A program made the translations under genes and the position numbers. DNA of 64,000 nt from Antedon mediterranea (Eukaryota > Animalia > Echinodermata), in contig NC_092670.1 in NCBI RefSeq assembly GCF_964355755.1, positions 33,654,388 through 33,718,387 on the forward strand, written 5' to 3'. Positions 37,201 through 51,900 of this stretch are shown one piece after another (the first letter of the stretch is position 1; every line of letters starts with the position of its first letter). The notes beneath the pieces are model-generated. The model saw only the letters and a program-made list of their open reading frames with translations. It did no database searches and was not told where the DNA came from.

Positions 37201-40200
37201 TGTAACGGAATCATGGCCACTATCCTTCTTAAAATCTACATTTAAAATAATTGTACAAACTTCGGTTACAGGATTTAAAAAGAACGAAATTGGAGATGGA
37301 GCAGACATAATTTTAAACTAGATTTGAACTCGTCACTACGAACGAGTTAGGTTATCCGCAGCGCAAACGCCACGTGCACGTCATACGTTAGAATATTGCG
37401 CGCAAAAAAACGATTATGCTATTGAAAAAATGTTATTGCGCTCTCTATTTTGCGTCACGTCAAAGTATATACGGTATACACTGTATTCTGTATACGTACT
37501 ACATACAGTGCAGAATAGGTGAAAATAAAGGACCCAAGTTATTGACGCTTTTGGACATGATGACGTCATCACAATTTAAAAAATGGTAAATTATGCGAAA
37601 GATAATTGATTGGCCTAGACAATATAACAAAATGGGGGGAAATGGAATACGGATAAGTGGAGATGCGCTCTATTAAATGTGATGAGCTATGCGAAAGAGA
37701 CAAAAATCCTATATCTTATATTTGGGTGGCCATACGATGACGTCACAATGTCCGGTTAGCAATATCAATGCATGATTCGAGAAACACAACTCATCTACTT
37801 CCAGAATATGTAATTTTAAAAAAGTTCACCACATAGTTTAGAATTTATGACTGGTTAAAAAAAGGTCTAATTTTGACGATTTTTTGAAGTTTTTCATCAA
37901 AAACACGCGCAAATTATCCAATTCTACGTGCTCGTGTGACGTGATTTTAAGTCCAAATTGATTGAAAATTTATAAATTTACTAGAAAAGGCTGAAAAAAC
38001 AAAAATCAAGCAAAAAAAAGATGTTTTTGCGCTACGTGCGCACGCGCGCGTAAAAAAATTGCGCACGCTTGGGAATTTTTGAAATGCGTGCGCGCGTAAC
38101 TTTTTGTAAAACAAGCTATTTTTAATCCATAGAAAGTTTGCGCATGATATGACTTAAATTTTCACCAAGTTTCAATACAAAATGACTTTTAGTTTTTATT
38201 CTATGATCAATCATTGAAATTCACAAAATCGCGCGTAACTTACGCTGCGCGACTCGAAATTTGAAAATAAAAGTTTCTTGCACATCTACAGCTACATATC
38301 AATCTTATGAAAAAGTTATACAATCATATGTTGCCCAAAATTAGAGATATGCGACCAACAAAATTCATGGAAAGAAAGAAGAAAATAGAAAAAAAAAGAG
38401 AAAAAAAAAAAGATCCTGACAATAACAAGAGGTTATCCGCCAAGTGCGGATAACCAAAAAAATATTTAGAATAGGAAGAAATTGAGTTAGAAATTTGTAT
38501 ACCAATAAAGAAAAATATTTATAGAACCATTCTCGTTCATCGGTAATAACTGCATTATCACATAATACAGTATGGATTTGATCTGAATTTATATTGAAAC
38601 GACATGCTTTCAATTGTTTTGGATTGTTCAAGTTTAGATGTGTAATGTTTTTTTTGTAGTTCGACAAACTTGTTAAAATAATAATTATTATTATTATATT
38701 GATTGTATTCACGCTTATGTTGTGGGCTTCGGGATTGGATATTTTTTTTTGTATAGTTGATGATTGCGTTTACTGCATTTTAAGAAGCTGTATGACATAA
38801 ATTACTGTTTGATTTTGCCGTTTTTCCAATTATTAGTTGGCTTAGAATGCTTAGAATGAATACTATAATATTTGTTTAAGAACATTTGAAAAACAAATTC
38901 ATGATTAGAATCATAGATATCAGATATTTTAGTTGGTTAGATTAATATAAAATGAACTGATATCATTGATTTTCAATGACTGACTTGCAGTGAGCTTTTG
39001 AAGATGAACAATTGTATCTCTCTGCTGAGAGAATATCTTTTATTTTCATTACAACAGTACAAAAATATAATATGCCGATACATAATATACAAATATACCT
39101 ACATGCTTCCGGTTGTTATGTTTTTGAAAGTTCCAGTAGATATTTTTTCCAGATTAGGATTGTTTGAGACAAACCTATTAAAAAATATATAAGATATAAT
39201 TGTTATTTACATTATACAAGCCTATAACACATTTGTTTAGATGTTCCTTGCCCTATTTTTACAACGTTCGAAACGTTTTATAATTTACAAGTGCATCGTT
39301 TTAACATTGACGGTGCAATTATTTGGCATTTCCCTGTGTTATTATTTTTACATTTATGGGTATAAAGTGTTGGAGTCTGCATGTACAATGTATTGATGTT
39401 TCTTGGCATGTTTATTGTAGTTTCAATTTTCGCGATTGTAACAAGGGCCTTCAAAACAATTGTTTCTTAAATTAAATTACAGTAAAAAGTTAATAATTCA
39501 CAAATGTTACTTACACTTCAACAGTATAATCTGTAGCCAGTGCAAATGCATTTTCACAGAGCACTTGGATTTCGATGTCAAACTGAATCCGCCTACAACG
39601 TTAATATATCTAATTAATATATATATAATTATTCATGGTGTTGTTCAAACTCGATTGGATAGCGACTCTTTAACATTCTCGGCGTGATACGGTGGATCAG
39701 CACTAGTCCCTCAATTGTACGCACGCACACCAGAGATAAAATCGATACGCCCTCACAGATTTTTTCATCTTTATCGTTTCAAATTAATCTAATTTTAGTT
39801 TATCACCGGACGGTTTATAATTAATGTTCTACAGTATACCTGGTGTGTTTATATACCCTACCACCGCGTATATATGGTAGGAAAGTACAGTAAAGGTATA
39901 ACACCATCTCTTCTTGGCCATTTGGGATCAGTATAAAGTAACGTGAAATATTTTCAATTATTATCGTTAGTACTAATAAACCATGTAGGCAATGACAAAA
40001 ACTACAAAATTGATAAACTCAATTTTTAGGAATTATACAGGCCTTAATTGTATGATGTTCCTAACTTAAATTTGTCTCTTTTTTTCCATGCAAACCTTTC
40101 AATTACATTGGAACACATTTTTTATTTCAACAAACTTACAATAAATTTAACTGCACATTTACAAAAGTGAAAGGTTCAATGCCAAGTATATGGTTTTCCG

Positions 40201-40506
40201 ATATGTGTCTGAAAAAAAAAAGTTATATCATTTTTATAAGTAGTAGTGGTGGTGTTGGTAGTAGTGGCAGTGGTAGTGGTGGTAGTGGTGATAATGATAG
40301 TGGTAGTAGTATTGGTAGTAATGCTAATGGTAGTAGTAATAGTGACAGTAGAGATAAGTGGTGGTAGCAGTGATAGTGGTATGAGCGGTAGTAGCGGTAC
40401 CAGTATTAGCGGTATAGGCAGTAGCGGCAATGGAAGCAGCAATGGCGGCAGCATTAGCAACAAAAGCAGTAGCATTATCATCAGCAGTATTAGTAGCAGT
40501 AGCAGC

Positions 40507-40552
<46 letters not shown>

Positions 40553-40574
40553 ATAGTAGTAGTGTAGTAGTAGC

Positions 40575-40605
<31 letters not shown>

Positions 40606-40614
40606 ATAATAGTA

Positions 40615-40680
<66 letters not shown>

Positions 40681-40690
40681 CAGTAGCAGC

Positions 40691-40724
<34 letters not shown>

Positions 40725-42887
40725 GTAGTAATAGTAGTAGTAGTATTAGTAGTAGTAGTAGTAGGAGTAGCAGTAGTAGTAGTACTAGTAGTAGCAGCAG
40801 TAGTAGTGTTGGTGGTGTTGGTGGCGGCAGCAGCAGAAGCAACATCATTAGCAGTAGAAAAAACAGCATTAGCAGTAGCAGTATTAGCTATAGTAGTAGT
40901 TTGCAGATTTTCGTTATTGTTAAAATACGTTAAAAAAAATGTATTCACTTACAAATGATTTACCAAATTGGAGCCTTTAAATGTAGTATTTTTTAGTATA
41001 GATATACTGTTGCGATCTATATTTCTATTCCAACAGCAATACAAAATGAATTATTATAAATAATAATATTGTTCAAATAGCATTGTTATATTCGATATGT
41101 GTCAATTTCAATTTTTCCAAATACTTTTTGTCAAAAACCAAAACATTCTCATTTAGTTTCGAGAACGAATGGGTCAACTGCAATAACTATCGAGTAAGAA
41201 CAATTCTCAAAACCATTATGTTTTATAAAAGCACAAACATGACAGCCAGTTTTGCCTGACATTAATACCAACATTCTTGTCTCTCATTCCTACTATAATA
41301 TCTATCACAGTAGTTTGTTTATAGAAAACATTATTAACTGACAAATTCCCATCTTCACAACCTTGAAACCCACTATAAAGTATAGGTTCTATACTTTGTT
41401 TCGGTTTATTATTTTTGGCACATTTTTATGGCATTTCATACGTATAAACTTGAGCTAACTTCACAGTCTATGAAGACGCCTACTAGTACGGGTTATTATG
41501 TCTTCCAGCTCGATATTTGTGCCAAAATAAATTTTTTTAGCTAAAATTGTTATTCTTGAGATGCTGAATCCAAAAAAGTTAGGTGCCATATTTTTCGACC
41601 ACTCCTTCAGCCGCCATTTTGTATTTCAAAATGGCCGACGTTCCACACTAAACTTGGTCATCCATGGTATCATTGGAAAGGGAAAGTAATACTGATTATT
41701 TTATTCCATTACATCCATATGAATAAACGTATAGTTACATAGTTATTGCGAAATAAACAAATCACGTGACCAATAAAGGTCAAAAGGTCAAATTTTTTAT
41801 TCTGAATACCGTTTACTAATATCTATTCTATTTTACTTTGTTTATTGTCATAATTTTCCAATTATGTAAATAAATTGTTTTTAAATGTTCCTTGTTGTTT
41901 TTTCATGCTAATTACTTTCTTATTTACATACAATCTGTCCTATTGGTATATAAGTACTTTAGGCGTTGTTTTCTGTTCTTCTTCTGATGAAAATAGTTTA
42001 TCGAAACATGTCACATTTTAAGGCAGTTTGCCTATTCATTAAATCGCTATACTCATTTTAACAATGACAAAAGTAGTCTCCTTCGTATTAAGATAAATAC
42101 GGTTTTTCTTATTGGTTTTACAATTCAATCAAATGTTTGTTTGATTTTCATTCTACTTTGTTATTGTCCATTTATATGTTTTATAGTATATTATATATTA
42201 TCTTAGTACTAAATAAGTACCGTACGGTACTGGATTACACTTAACTTCAATGTCAAGTTTCCGAGTTATTTAATTTAAATCAAAATAAGTCCGTGAACAA
42301 AGGTGAAGTAAACTGTTGTCAAGTCACATCTTTGTTTTGTTTCGTTGGATAGAAATTCTGAATATATTTTATTTTTAGTAGTTTACATTTCTGTTGTTCG
42401 TAAAAAGAAAAAAATGCTACGGGTCATGGTATCATTTGCGTAGCGTTCAAAATCATTTGTATTTTTGTCAAAGCGGGTACCACACAATATAAAGCCATCT
42501 GTGCACAATGCCAATGTTAATCGGCATGCCTTTACCTTTGAACCTCAGATGAAGTGCAGCAGCAAACAGAATGTTTTCATTTGATATTATTTTATACAGT
42601 GAAAAAATCTTAAGAATTAAAAAAAAAAAGTTAAGATCAATTAGTTTTCCTCAAATAAAGTTTACACGAAATAAAGAAAAGTCAGTGTCCTACTGCTGCC
42701 TTCACTACCTTTACAAACTACCAATCGATATTGTAAAGAAACGAATTCGGTGTTTTTAACGTCTATAGGTTCCCTTTGATTTTTACGTATGGTTTGTGAT
42801 TATCGCAATATAAATCCTAACTATACGTTGTTATTATTAAAAGTCACATAGAATAATTAATCAAACTATACTTGTTTGTGGTAACTT

Positions 42888-42920
<33 letters not shown>

Positions 42921-45900
42921 TTCGATTTATATAGCGCCATTCCAACATTCATTGCTCATGGCGCTGTAAAAAAATCAGAAAAGGTGACTTTTGAGTAGTG
43001 ACAAAGTGACTCAATAATGATGTGTGTTTAATGTTCAAGGGTAACTTTAAGAACTTATCGGAAATAAGTGAAACAAAATCCGCTTTCCAGCAATAATATT
43101 CAAATTAGTTTGAGAAAAACGAAATCTTTTAACTACAGACACTTTATAAATATGTACCGTATGTAACGATTTCAGTTATTGAATTCCCTTTTATAAATTT
43201 GTATTTTAATTTTTTTACTTTTACTGCATTTCTCAGTTATATTTATCAAAAATGCAGTGGGGTTTTTTTAAAGAGTGAAGTACGACCACACACCGGTAGG
43301 AGATGGAATCGGCCTTTCAGTCATCGGTGCGTTTTGAATTATTATTATTATTTTATTGTTCTTGGGCATGATCCTATTATATCCATTGTTGTTAGTATTT
43401 GTATTCTTATGAGTATTAGAATATGCCACCGATTTAATTTATATTCAATAAAATTATGTTATCATCTGAAACGGTGGAAGATTATTCGACTACTTATACA
43501 CAGTATAGATAAGCTGTTTTCTATGCTTCCTTTATGGTCACACAAATATCCAATATATATAATATAAGAATGTGTACATAAATTAATTTAAATAAGCAAC
43601 AACTTTTTTATCGATTTACTTTATATATATAGGCCTTACAACATGTAACCATGCTATTGGCAGAAAACCATGTTTGAAAAAAACATAGACGCCATGCTGC
43701 ACTGGATATAGTTATAAATAAAACTACATTAACTAGCAGAATTAAGACAAATCTAAATTACTTTCCAAAGTTACGTTTCTGTTTCTGCTGTAGTAGTTGT
43801 ATGAACTTGCTCAAATAAAAGGTACTAAAATTAATTACTTTACCTCCAAATCATGTTTGCGTCGCAACTAATTTACCTGCAAAGCAATGGTTGTTTGATC
43901 TTGTTTTTCAGATATATTTCAGATAATATTTCAGATAATATTTATTTAGATAATAATGAATGAATATATACAAAATAGAAAAAAGATATTAAAGTGAACA
44001 TAGATAAAGCAGTAATTGGTAGTCATTATTATCATGGATCCCTTCTAGAAGTTAAAAACTTGTCTCGTAGGGACCCATAACAAAACACATTACTAAAAAA
44101 ATAAAAATAACCTAGAATATATAATTATATAATTTAGGATAAACAATTACAGTATAATAACATAACTAACATCTTCTTTATAAAAATTATTTAAATTATA
44201 TTTCAATAGTTTCATGATAATAGTTTTTTACGTGCAATGCGAAAACCGGGCATATCAAGGATCTTGATAGTAAAACTTATCTTATACTAAAGTAGTTTCA
44301 CACACTGAGATTGTTATTATAACCAGATAAATTTTACCAACATTTGAATGAATAAAAAAAAACGTATTTATCTTTAATACGGAGGAGACCTTTTTTATTG
44401 TACATTAAAAAATGTATTTACATAATTGGAAAATTATGACAATAAATAAAAGAAAATCGAATAGATATTATTTAAACTGTATTCAGAATTAAAAAAAAGC
44501 TATCCTACGATACCAAACAGTAAATTATTTGAGAAAATTAAAATGTTGACCTTTTGACCTTTTTGGTCACGTGACTTGTTTTATTGTTAAATAACTATGT
44601 AACTATGCATTTTTTTATATGGATGTAATGGGATAAAATGATCAGTATTATATTCCCTTTCCGATGATACCATGGATGACAAAGTTCAGTGTGGAGTGTT
44701 GGCCATTTTGAAATACAAAATGGCGGCTGAAGGAGTGGTCGAGAAAAGTGGCACCTAACTTTTTTGAATTCAGCAACTCAAGAATAACAAAGTTAGCCAA
44801 TAAAATCTATTTTGGCACTAATATCGAGCTGGAGCTAGTTTTCCTTACATATGTGACTGTACTATACGTGATGCGCGTACACTTGAGATGATGCATACGA
44901 TCTGGTAGAATAGTTTCATTCACATGTGTTTGGCTAGTCACTCAAAACCTTTTGATATTCATATTTTATATAGATGCGTTCTGTTACGTTCGCCGACATG
45001 GAAAGACATGCGTACGTCTGAATACACATCAGCTTTGTCTACAACATGTATGTACATAGCGAATTGCACAATTCAGTCATAGTGTACCGTATTACGGCAA
45101 TCATACGCTTACACCCAACTAGATCGGGTTACCCAGAAAGTGTATTTATGTGAAAAGCCACAAAGGTTTGATGGGCTGATTTTGTAGATATATTATAGCT
45201 AAGATTCAATAATCAATAATGCTGCCGGGTCCTATCCTGTAAATTTTCCCTGGGGACACCAAATAGGAGGGGTAAAAATGGATTCAATCATGTAAAAAGC
45301 GACACGAATAAAAGTTGTTGGACATCGTCCCATATATATATATATACATACAATGTTAAAACAGCAATGACAACAACTTTCACCTAAGTTGCCCCAGACA
45401 GTAGCCCAACAATTCCCGTTGGGCCATACAACATTTAATCATGCGAAGAGCCACACGACAAAATCCCTTTTACATTGTAACTATTACCCTTTGGGATAAA
45501 CGGAAAAACCATTGACATCAACATTATAATGTAAGTTGACCCAGAAAGTATCCCAACAAATTCCGATTCGCCCCTACAAAATGTACTAACTCGAAGAGTC
45601 ACGTGGCTATTTCATTTTACATTGTAACTATTACCCTAGGCTTTGGGATATACGAACAAACTCACGACAGCAACTTTATCTTGTAAGTTGCTCAAGACAG
45701 CAGCCCAAAAATGCTGTTGAAGTATAATGTACTGTATGGCGTTACAATGTTCTACCATATTATTATCATTATGTGCAATTTATTGTAGATAAACATTTGA
45801 ACAGACGAAGAAATAAAAGTGGGTCGAACCCATAACACACAAGACAACAACAAACATAGGATTGCCATCCAAAAAAATGCCTCGTGCCATGCATACACTG

Positions 45901-48900
45901 AGTGCCTTTTCACCGAGACTCTGAATTGTTCAATATATAATATATTTGATATATTAAAATGTATGGTTACCTTCCTTTTTGTATCGTCGATATACGTGTA
46001 GCCCTACACCAAAATATGGTCTCTGCAGCTAGGTCTATAATGTTCACATATTTTTTGTAAATTGATTCCTTGGCCGGAATCCTTTTTGGTTTTTCATGAT
46101 TCATCGACAGATTCCATTTCACTTGAAAACGAAATGTTTTGTTAAAATAATTGTCCTTCCTTTTTAGCTTGTTGTGTTATGGAATTTTGTTTGTGTTGTC
46201 TTTTTGTTGTCTATAAATGATTGACCTTGAAAGGCCGTTGCGTGTAACAAACTTAACTAACTATAATCTAGATATATAATATTTTTACTCGGGGTACCCG
46301 AGTCTAGTACTTACTCATTTTCTCCTCCACCATCTGGACACTATTGAGTAAAAAGTGCGATGTAGTATTGAGCTGGGATTTGGCATGAACATACTACAGG
46401 GACATGTCCTCAAAGCTATAGAGCCGGATTTTTAATTTTTTGTTAATTAATTTGTTTAATTAAGAATCCACAATGTGTGACACACACCACAGCGTTATGT
46501 AGTTATATGGTTATATGCGGCTTCTTGGCGTAGTGGTTATCACGTTTGCTCAATACGCAGAAGGTACCTGGTTCAAGCCCGGGCTAAACCTTTTTTTTAA
46601 ACTTTATGGTGAAAAGTACTGTATACGCAATATGATAATTATACACAGTATATCTTATTATTATTTTTTAAAATACTTATTTTGTGTAATCGGTAATTAT
46701 CACTTTTACACATGTTTATTTTGCTTTGTGCTTATTACCATTTATTTGTAATTTAAATGGATTAAAAAACTTTCTGTAACCCACAATTTCAATGTAAGAG
46801 GTTTCGTAGTGTAGTGGTTGTCAAGTCTGCTTAACACGCAGAAGGTCCCGGTTCGAGCCCTGGCGAAACCTATTTTTCTTTAACTTTCTAACTGTATACG
46901 TCTGTATACAGCTTCTTTCGCTGTACCCCGAGTATTGCACATTCGTGCTTGTTAGGATTGGTATTATTGCATTGATCCCGTAATAAAGCATCCTTTCATT
47001 GGATATAATTAATCAATACCGGCAAATCCCTTCATAATTCGAAGCTTGATGTAATTTGCCCAAGATAAAATGACTAAGCTGTCCGCGTAGTTTATTTACG
47101 GCTAAAGTACTAATAAATACAACAAGTTTTGCATGCTCTAACGGGGCCAAAGGATTTGAAAGTAGACCAAATGACCCACCGGTGATCTAAAAGTAAAACC
47201 ATTTCTAGAACATGATTAGTATTTTAATTTGAAATACGTTTAAGATTAATAACGCATACTATTATATTTAAACTTATTTAATTTACCTTTACAATAAATT
47301 GTGTTTATAAAACGCTATTATACGTCTTCCATAGAAAAGATATTTTGCATGGTAAACAATCGAGCAAGAATAGATATCATCTAACTGAAGACCGACGTAG
47401 TTGGCGATCCATCATTGCATTTCGAGGAGCCGTCAGACATGTCTAACATGATTATATCGGTATATTTTGTCAAGAAAAGATGTTTACCGTGCCTCATTTA
47501 TGTGATGTAATGTTCCAAATCCTTAAATCTGGTAAACAATTATTTTAAAATATCCTTTTAATTGGATTCTTATATACTGTATAGGTATAGATGAAATCAC
47601 CAGAACGTATGTTAAAACGAGAGCTTTCGTTATACTGGATACTCGGCCGTACCCTATATAACTAGTTGAGTTGTTGGTGGGACAATGTTAACTTGTATGA
47701 CTTAATTCTAATACCTTGTTTGGAAGTACGTACAGAAATTAGTCAACCTTTCGACTAATCGCATTGAGAAACTATTTCATTTTAAGATAGTTTTTTTAAA
47801 ACGCACCAGTTTACAGCTGTAATTATAGACATGTCAAGGAGAATCCGTATTGATAAAATCATGAATACTGTAAGGTTAATATAATTATAAAGTGTAACTA
47901 ATTAGATCATTTGGAAGAAAATTGAGAACCAACTAAATACGACCACAATCGTTTATATACGCAGGCATATGGTATTTTTTTTTTTAAGAGAATGTTACCT
48001 TCGCTACAGGTTTCAAGAGTGAAAGAATATGGTATAAATGAAATGGAGTTTTTTTGTTATCATGATCAAAATACTATCTCGAAAAGAAGCCATATTATCT
48101 TGAAAAGTGTGCATCTTTTCGAGATTTTTAAAACGTCCATGGTTTCAAAAATACAGAATACCTTTTAAAAACAAAAATAAACTAGAGTTTAATTGTCACT
48201 TTGACGAAGTATAAGTATATTGCTGTCAATGATATTCGTATATCCCAAAAGATAATAGTTAGGCTACAATGTAAAAGGAATTATGCCATGAGGCTCTTCG
48301 CCTGGATTGCCAACGGGCAACGAGCTACTTTTGGGGAAACTTACAGGATAAAGTTGCTGTCAATGGTATTTGTGTGCATCCCAATGTGTAGCAGTTACAA
48401 TGCAAAAAGAATTAGCCGCGTGGCTCTTGACATAAATAACACCATTTTTGAGTGGTCACTTAGGGCTAATGTCTCGTGCAACTTACAGGATAAAGTTGCT
48501 GTCATTGCTGTTTTAACATTGTATACATATGGGAACGATGTCCAACCAATTTTATCCGTATGGCTTTTCATGTGATTAAATCCATTTTTTACCCCTCCTA
48601 TTTGAGAAAATTTACAGGATAAGACCTGGCAGCAATATTGATTATTGAATCTTAGCTATATATCTACACAATCAGTAATAATTGTATAATTCTACTGCAG
48701 ACTCTTTCAACTTTACATTTATCTAGTTCCGTTGGATTGTAAATGCTATTAGGTAGTAATAACACCTTTATCATTAGGTTAATAATGGCACAATACCAAC
48801 ATTTTTTTTTTAATGTAGGCATATAAAAATATATTTTCGAAAAACTTGAAAAATCGATTCTTAAATCGATGCTAAACTTACACAGTACTAAGATGTGGAA

Positions 48901-51900
48901 GGTCATTAAAACATGTCGATACTTCTGTCAACATGTTATTCATTGCATATCTAGGAAATTAAAAAAATAAACATAAATTCCAACAAAATTTCCGATTCTG
49001 TCTTTAATTATAGCACAATTTAAGATTTTTTTAAACAATAATTTTTGTTTCAGTAAGGAATAATTAAATGTTTACTAGGCTTACTCTGACTAGTAATCAA
49101 AATAATTTTTTAAAAAAGATGATGGTTTTAATACATTACAGTTAGTAGTTGGATGGTATACTATAGTACTTACACTGAAGCAATTGTCTTTGGAAACTTT
49201 GGCAGACTTGTTAGTGAGTTATTAGCAAGGTTTCTGTAAACATTAAGTAAATTAAGTGGTAAATTATTCTATTTTCTTTGAAATAAGCGCATACATGTTT
49301 GTGTAATGTATGCCACAGTCTATTTTAATAGGAAGTATTTAAATATAATTACTATTACAGCGTGATGGTAATTATGTGAAAGATGTTGCTAACCACTCTA
49401 AAATCTTGAACGTAAAATCAGACAAGGTATCATTGTAGGACATTATTCTTTTCCCTATGGATGATGAATGTGTAAGGATGAGCAACAGAAAAACGATGTC
49501 AATCAGGGAATTTCACTCTTCAATCCAGTTTGTGAGAGTGTCGTTTTTAGCATTGTTAACAATAATTATGATCTTTCTGTAAATCATATCCTGAGTAATG
49601 GACACAGATAACATTGATAAAATAATGTATCATTAATAAATTAGACATATTTAAAGGAGCAAAACAAGATAAAAAAAAACCAAAAAAATGATAATTCATT
49701 TTGAAATCTTACATTGAAATAAGATCCTGTAGCTCTAACAAGGCATTGGTGTCGATTTTCTTCAGGTTGTTATCGCTTAAGTAACTAAAAAACAAGTAGT
49801 TATGTTATGTTAAAACTACTAGTTTATTTTAAAAAGTGGAGTTGTTGGTGGGGGTTATGATTCTTTGCTACCACCCCAAGGGTCCTGGGTTCAAGTCCCG
49901 TTACATGTCAGGATTTTTTCTAAGGACCAAATTACAACTCCACTCCCAAAGACTTGTAATAAGACTTTGTTTATGTAGAGCATCTTGTGTATATGTTTGT
50001 CTTGTGACCCTCTGATGGTTCCTAATGATCAGCATTTGCTGGATGGATCACCCTCATTAAATATGGTTAAAAAAAAATTAATTAACAATAAAGTAAAAGC
50101 ACCAAACATTAGAGAAATACATACCCGTACCCTCTTTTTCCCCAAAGATATGTATGCAATTCTCTCTATACGTTTTTAATTTTGGCTTATATTAAGAAAA
50201 CAATAAATATAGGCCTAATGTGTTCTATAAGTGTAAGTTCTTGACGGAAGGATGCGCATGCGCAATATTGTATATGGAATTGGGACTACCGTATCCGGGC
50301 AATTTCTACCTGAATTATAACCTACACTAACTACATATTGCATCTCACATAACACGTACATAGTTAGGAGGCCAGTGCAAACTTTGTTACCAAATTACAT
50401 ATTTAATATATTACAAAGTTTATATTATTATTACTTTTTATATGTTATTGGTGAATAAGCTGCAGGGGCGGTCGCAAGACTATTTTAAGAGGATTTCCCA
50501 AACAGGGCTGTAGACAGGTTGCTGATAATGAAAGTAAACTAGCAAACAAGATTCGAAGACTTTCCGATAACAGATATTCGTCCAACCACAAACCCAGGCC
50601 TAGCAAAGACAATCTCAAAAAATCTCTCCAATCGAAAGATAAATCGAATAATACAAGGGCTTAAGCTACATTTGTAGCAATAAGAAGAGTAATGGAGACT
50701 TTATGTAAGTAAAAATCGTGAATAAACTATACAAAACCAGCAAACAAGATTCAAAACTTTTACAACTTCAGAAACGCGTCCAACCACCATGAAGCGCCCT
50801 CTATCTGTCTTACTGTATTCTAAGGAATGGTGAGATTTTTCTTTTTTAGATTGTCTTTCGCTAGGCCTAGGGTTGTATAAGCAGGTTAGGGCATGGCTTC
50901 CAAAAGCAAAGATCAAGGTGCCAGGCCAAAGCCTAGATCACGTAATGCAGGAGGCACAGTTGATAAAACGGTAGTTGATATCGAGGGTGAAGACGAATGT
51001 GGTTCATGTGGTGGCCATTTTATGTCTGGTGGCAAATCGGTTTTATGTGGACTTTGTAAGCTATGGTTCCACATAGATTGTCAGAAAATTAATGAAGCCA
51101 AATATAAGTGGCTATCCAAAGATGACTCATCCATTTTTTGGTACTGTAGGAGCTGCTCAGTCTCAGTAGGCAATTTCATGGGTCTTATTAATAATGTTAA
51201 TGAGACACAAAAAACCATGATTAAAACAATTGAAGCAATTAAATCTGAGGTAGAGATCAATAAAGAGGATATTAAAAAGTTATCCCAGTCATCTAGTGTT
51301 GTTAATAATGAGGAGGTTAAGACAATAATTGAAAATAGACTTAAGGATGAAAATGAGAGATTGAAAAGAAAATCTAATTTGATGCTATATAGAATAGATG
51401 AGTCCAAGAGTAATTACTCAGATAGAAGAAAAAATGATGACCTCAGTAAATTGACAGGTATTTTCGAGGATATTGACCTAGAGGTCGAAATGAGAACATT
51501 TTTCCGGGTGGGTAAACACAGAGAAGATGGGTGCCACCCTATAAAGGTAGTTTTCAAGGAGGAATGTATCAAAAGAGATGCCTTTGAAATTGCTATACAA
51601 AAAAAGTGCGCAGTCTAGTAAGTAATGATAGACCAATAAAGGAACGTGATGAGTATAATAAACTTAGGGACATATTGAGGGATAGGCAAAGCAAAGGGGA
51701 AAAAGACTTGGTAATTAGAAGGGGGAAAATAACTCGGTTTTGTTCCCAAAGCACTACCCAATCGGAAGAGAACACTGCCTAACAATGTAAGTTCTACGCA
51801 GTCAGAAGATGTTAATGATTTTTTAATGTGTTTTATACAAATTGTGATTCCCTTCTAAATAAGAAGAATGAGCTTCTGTTGCGTTTATCTTCAGAGAAAG

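Larger units (their letters stand above)
45176..48675. mobile_element. Long-TIR DNA element with subterminal repeats
   Basis: CTGAT..GTAGATA..TAGCTAAGATTCAATAATCAAT at both ends, inverted, over ~400 bp; absent from the paralog (~2810); no TSD identified. Confidence 0.7.
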
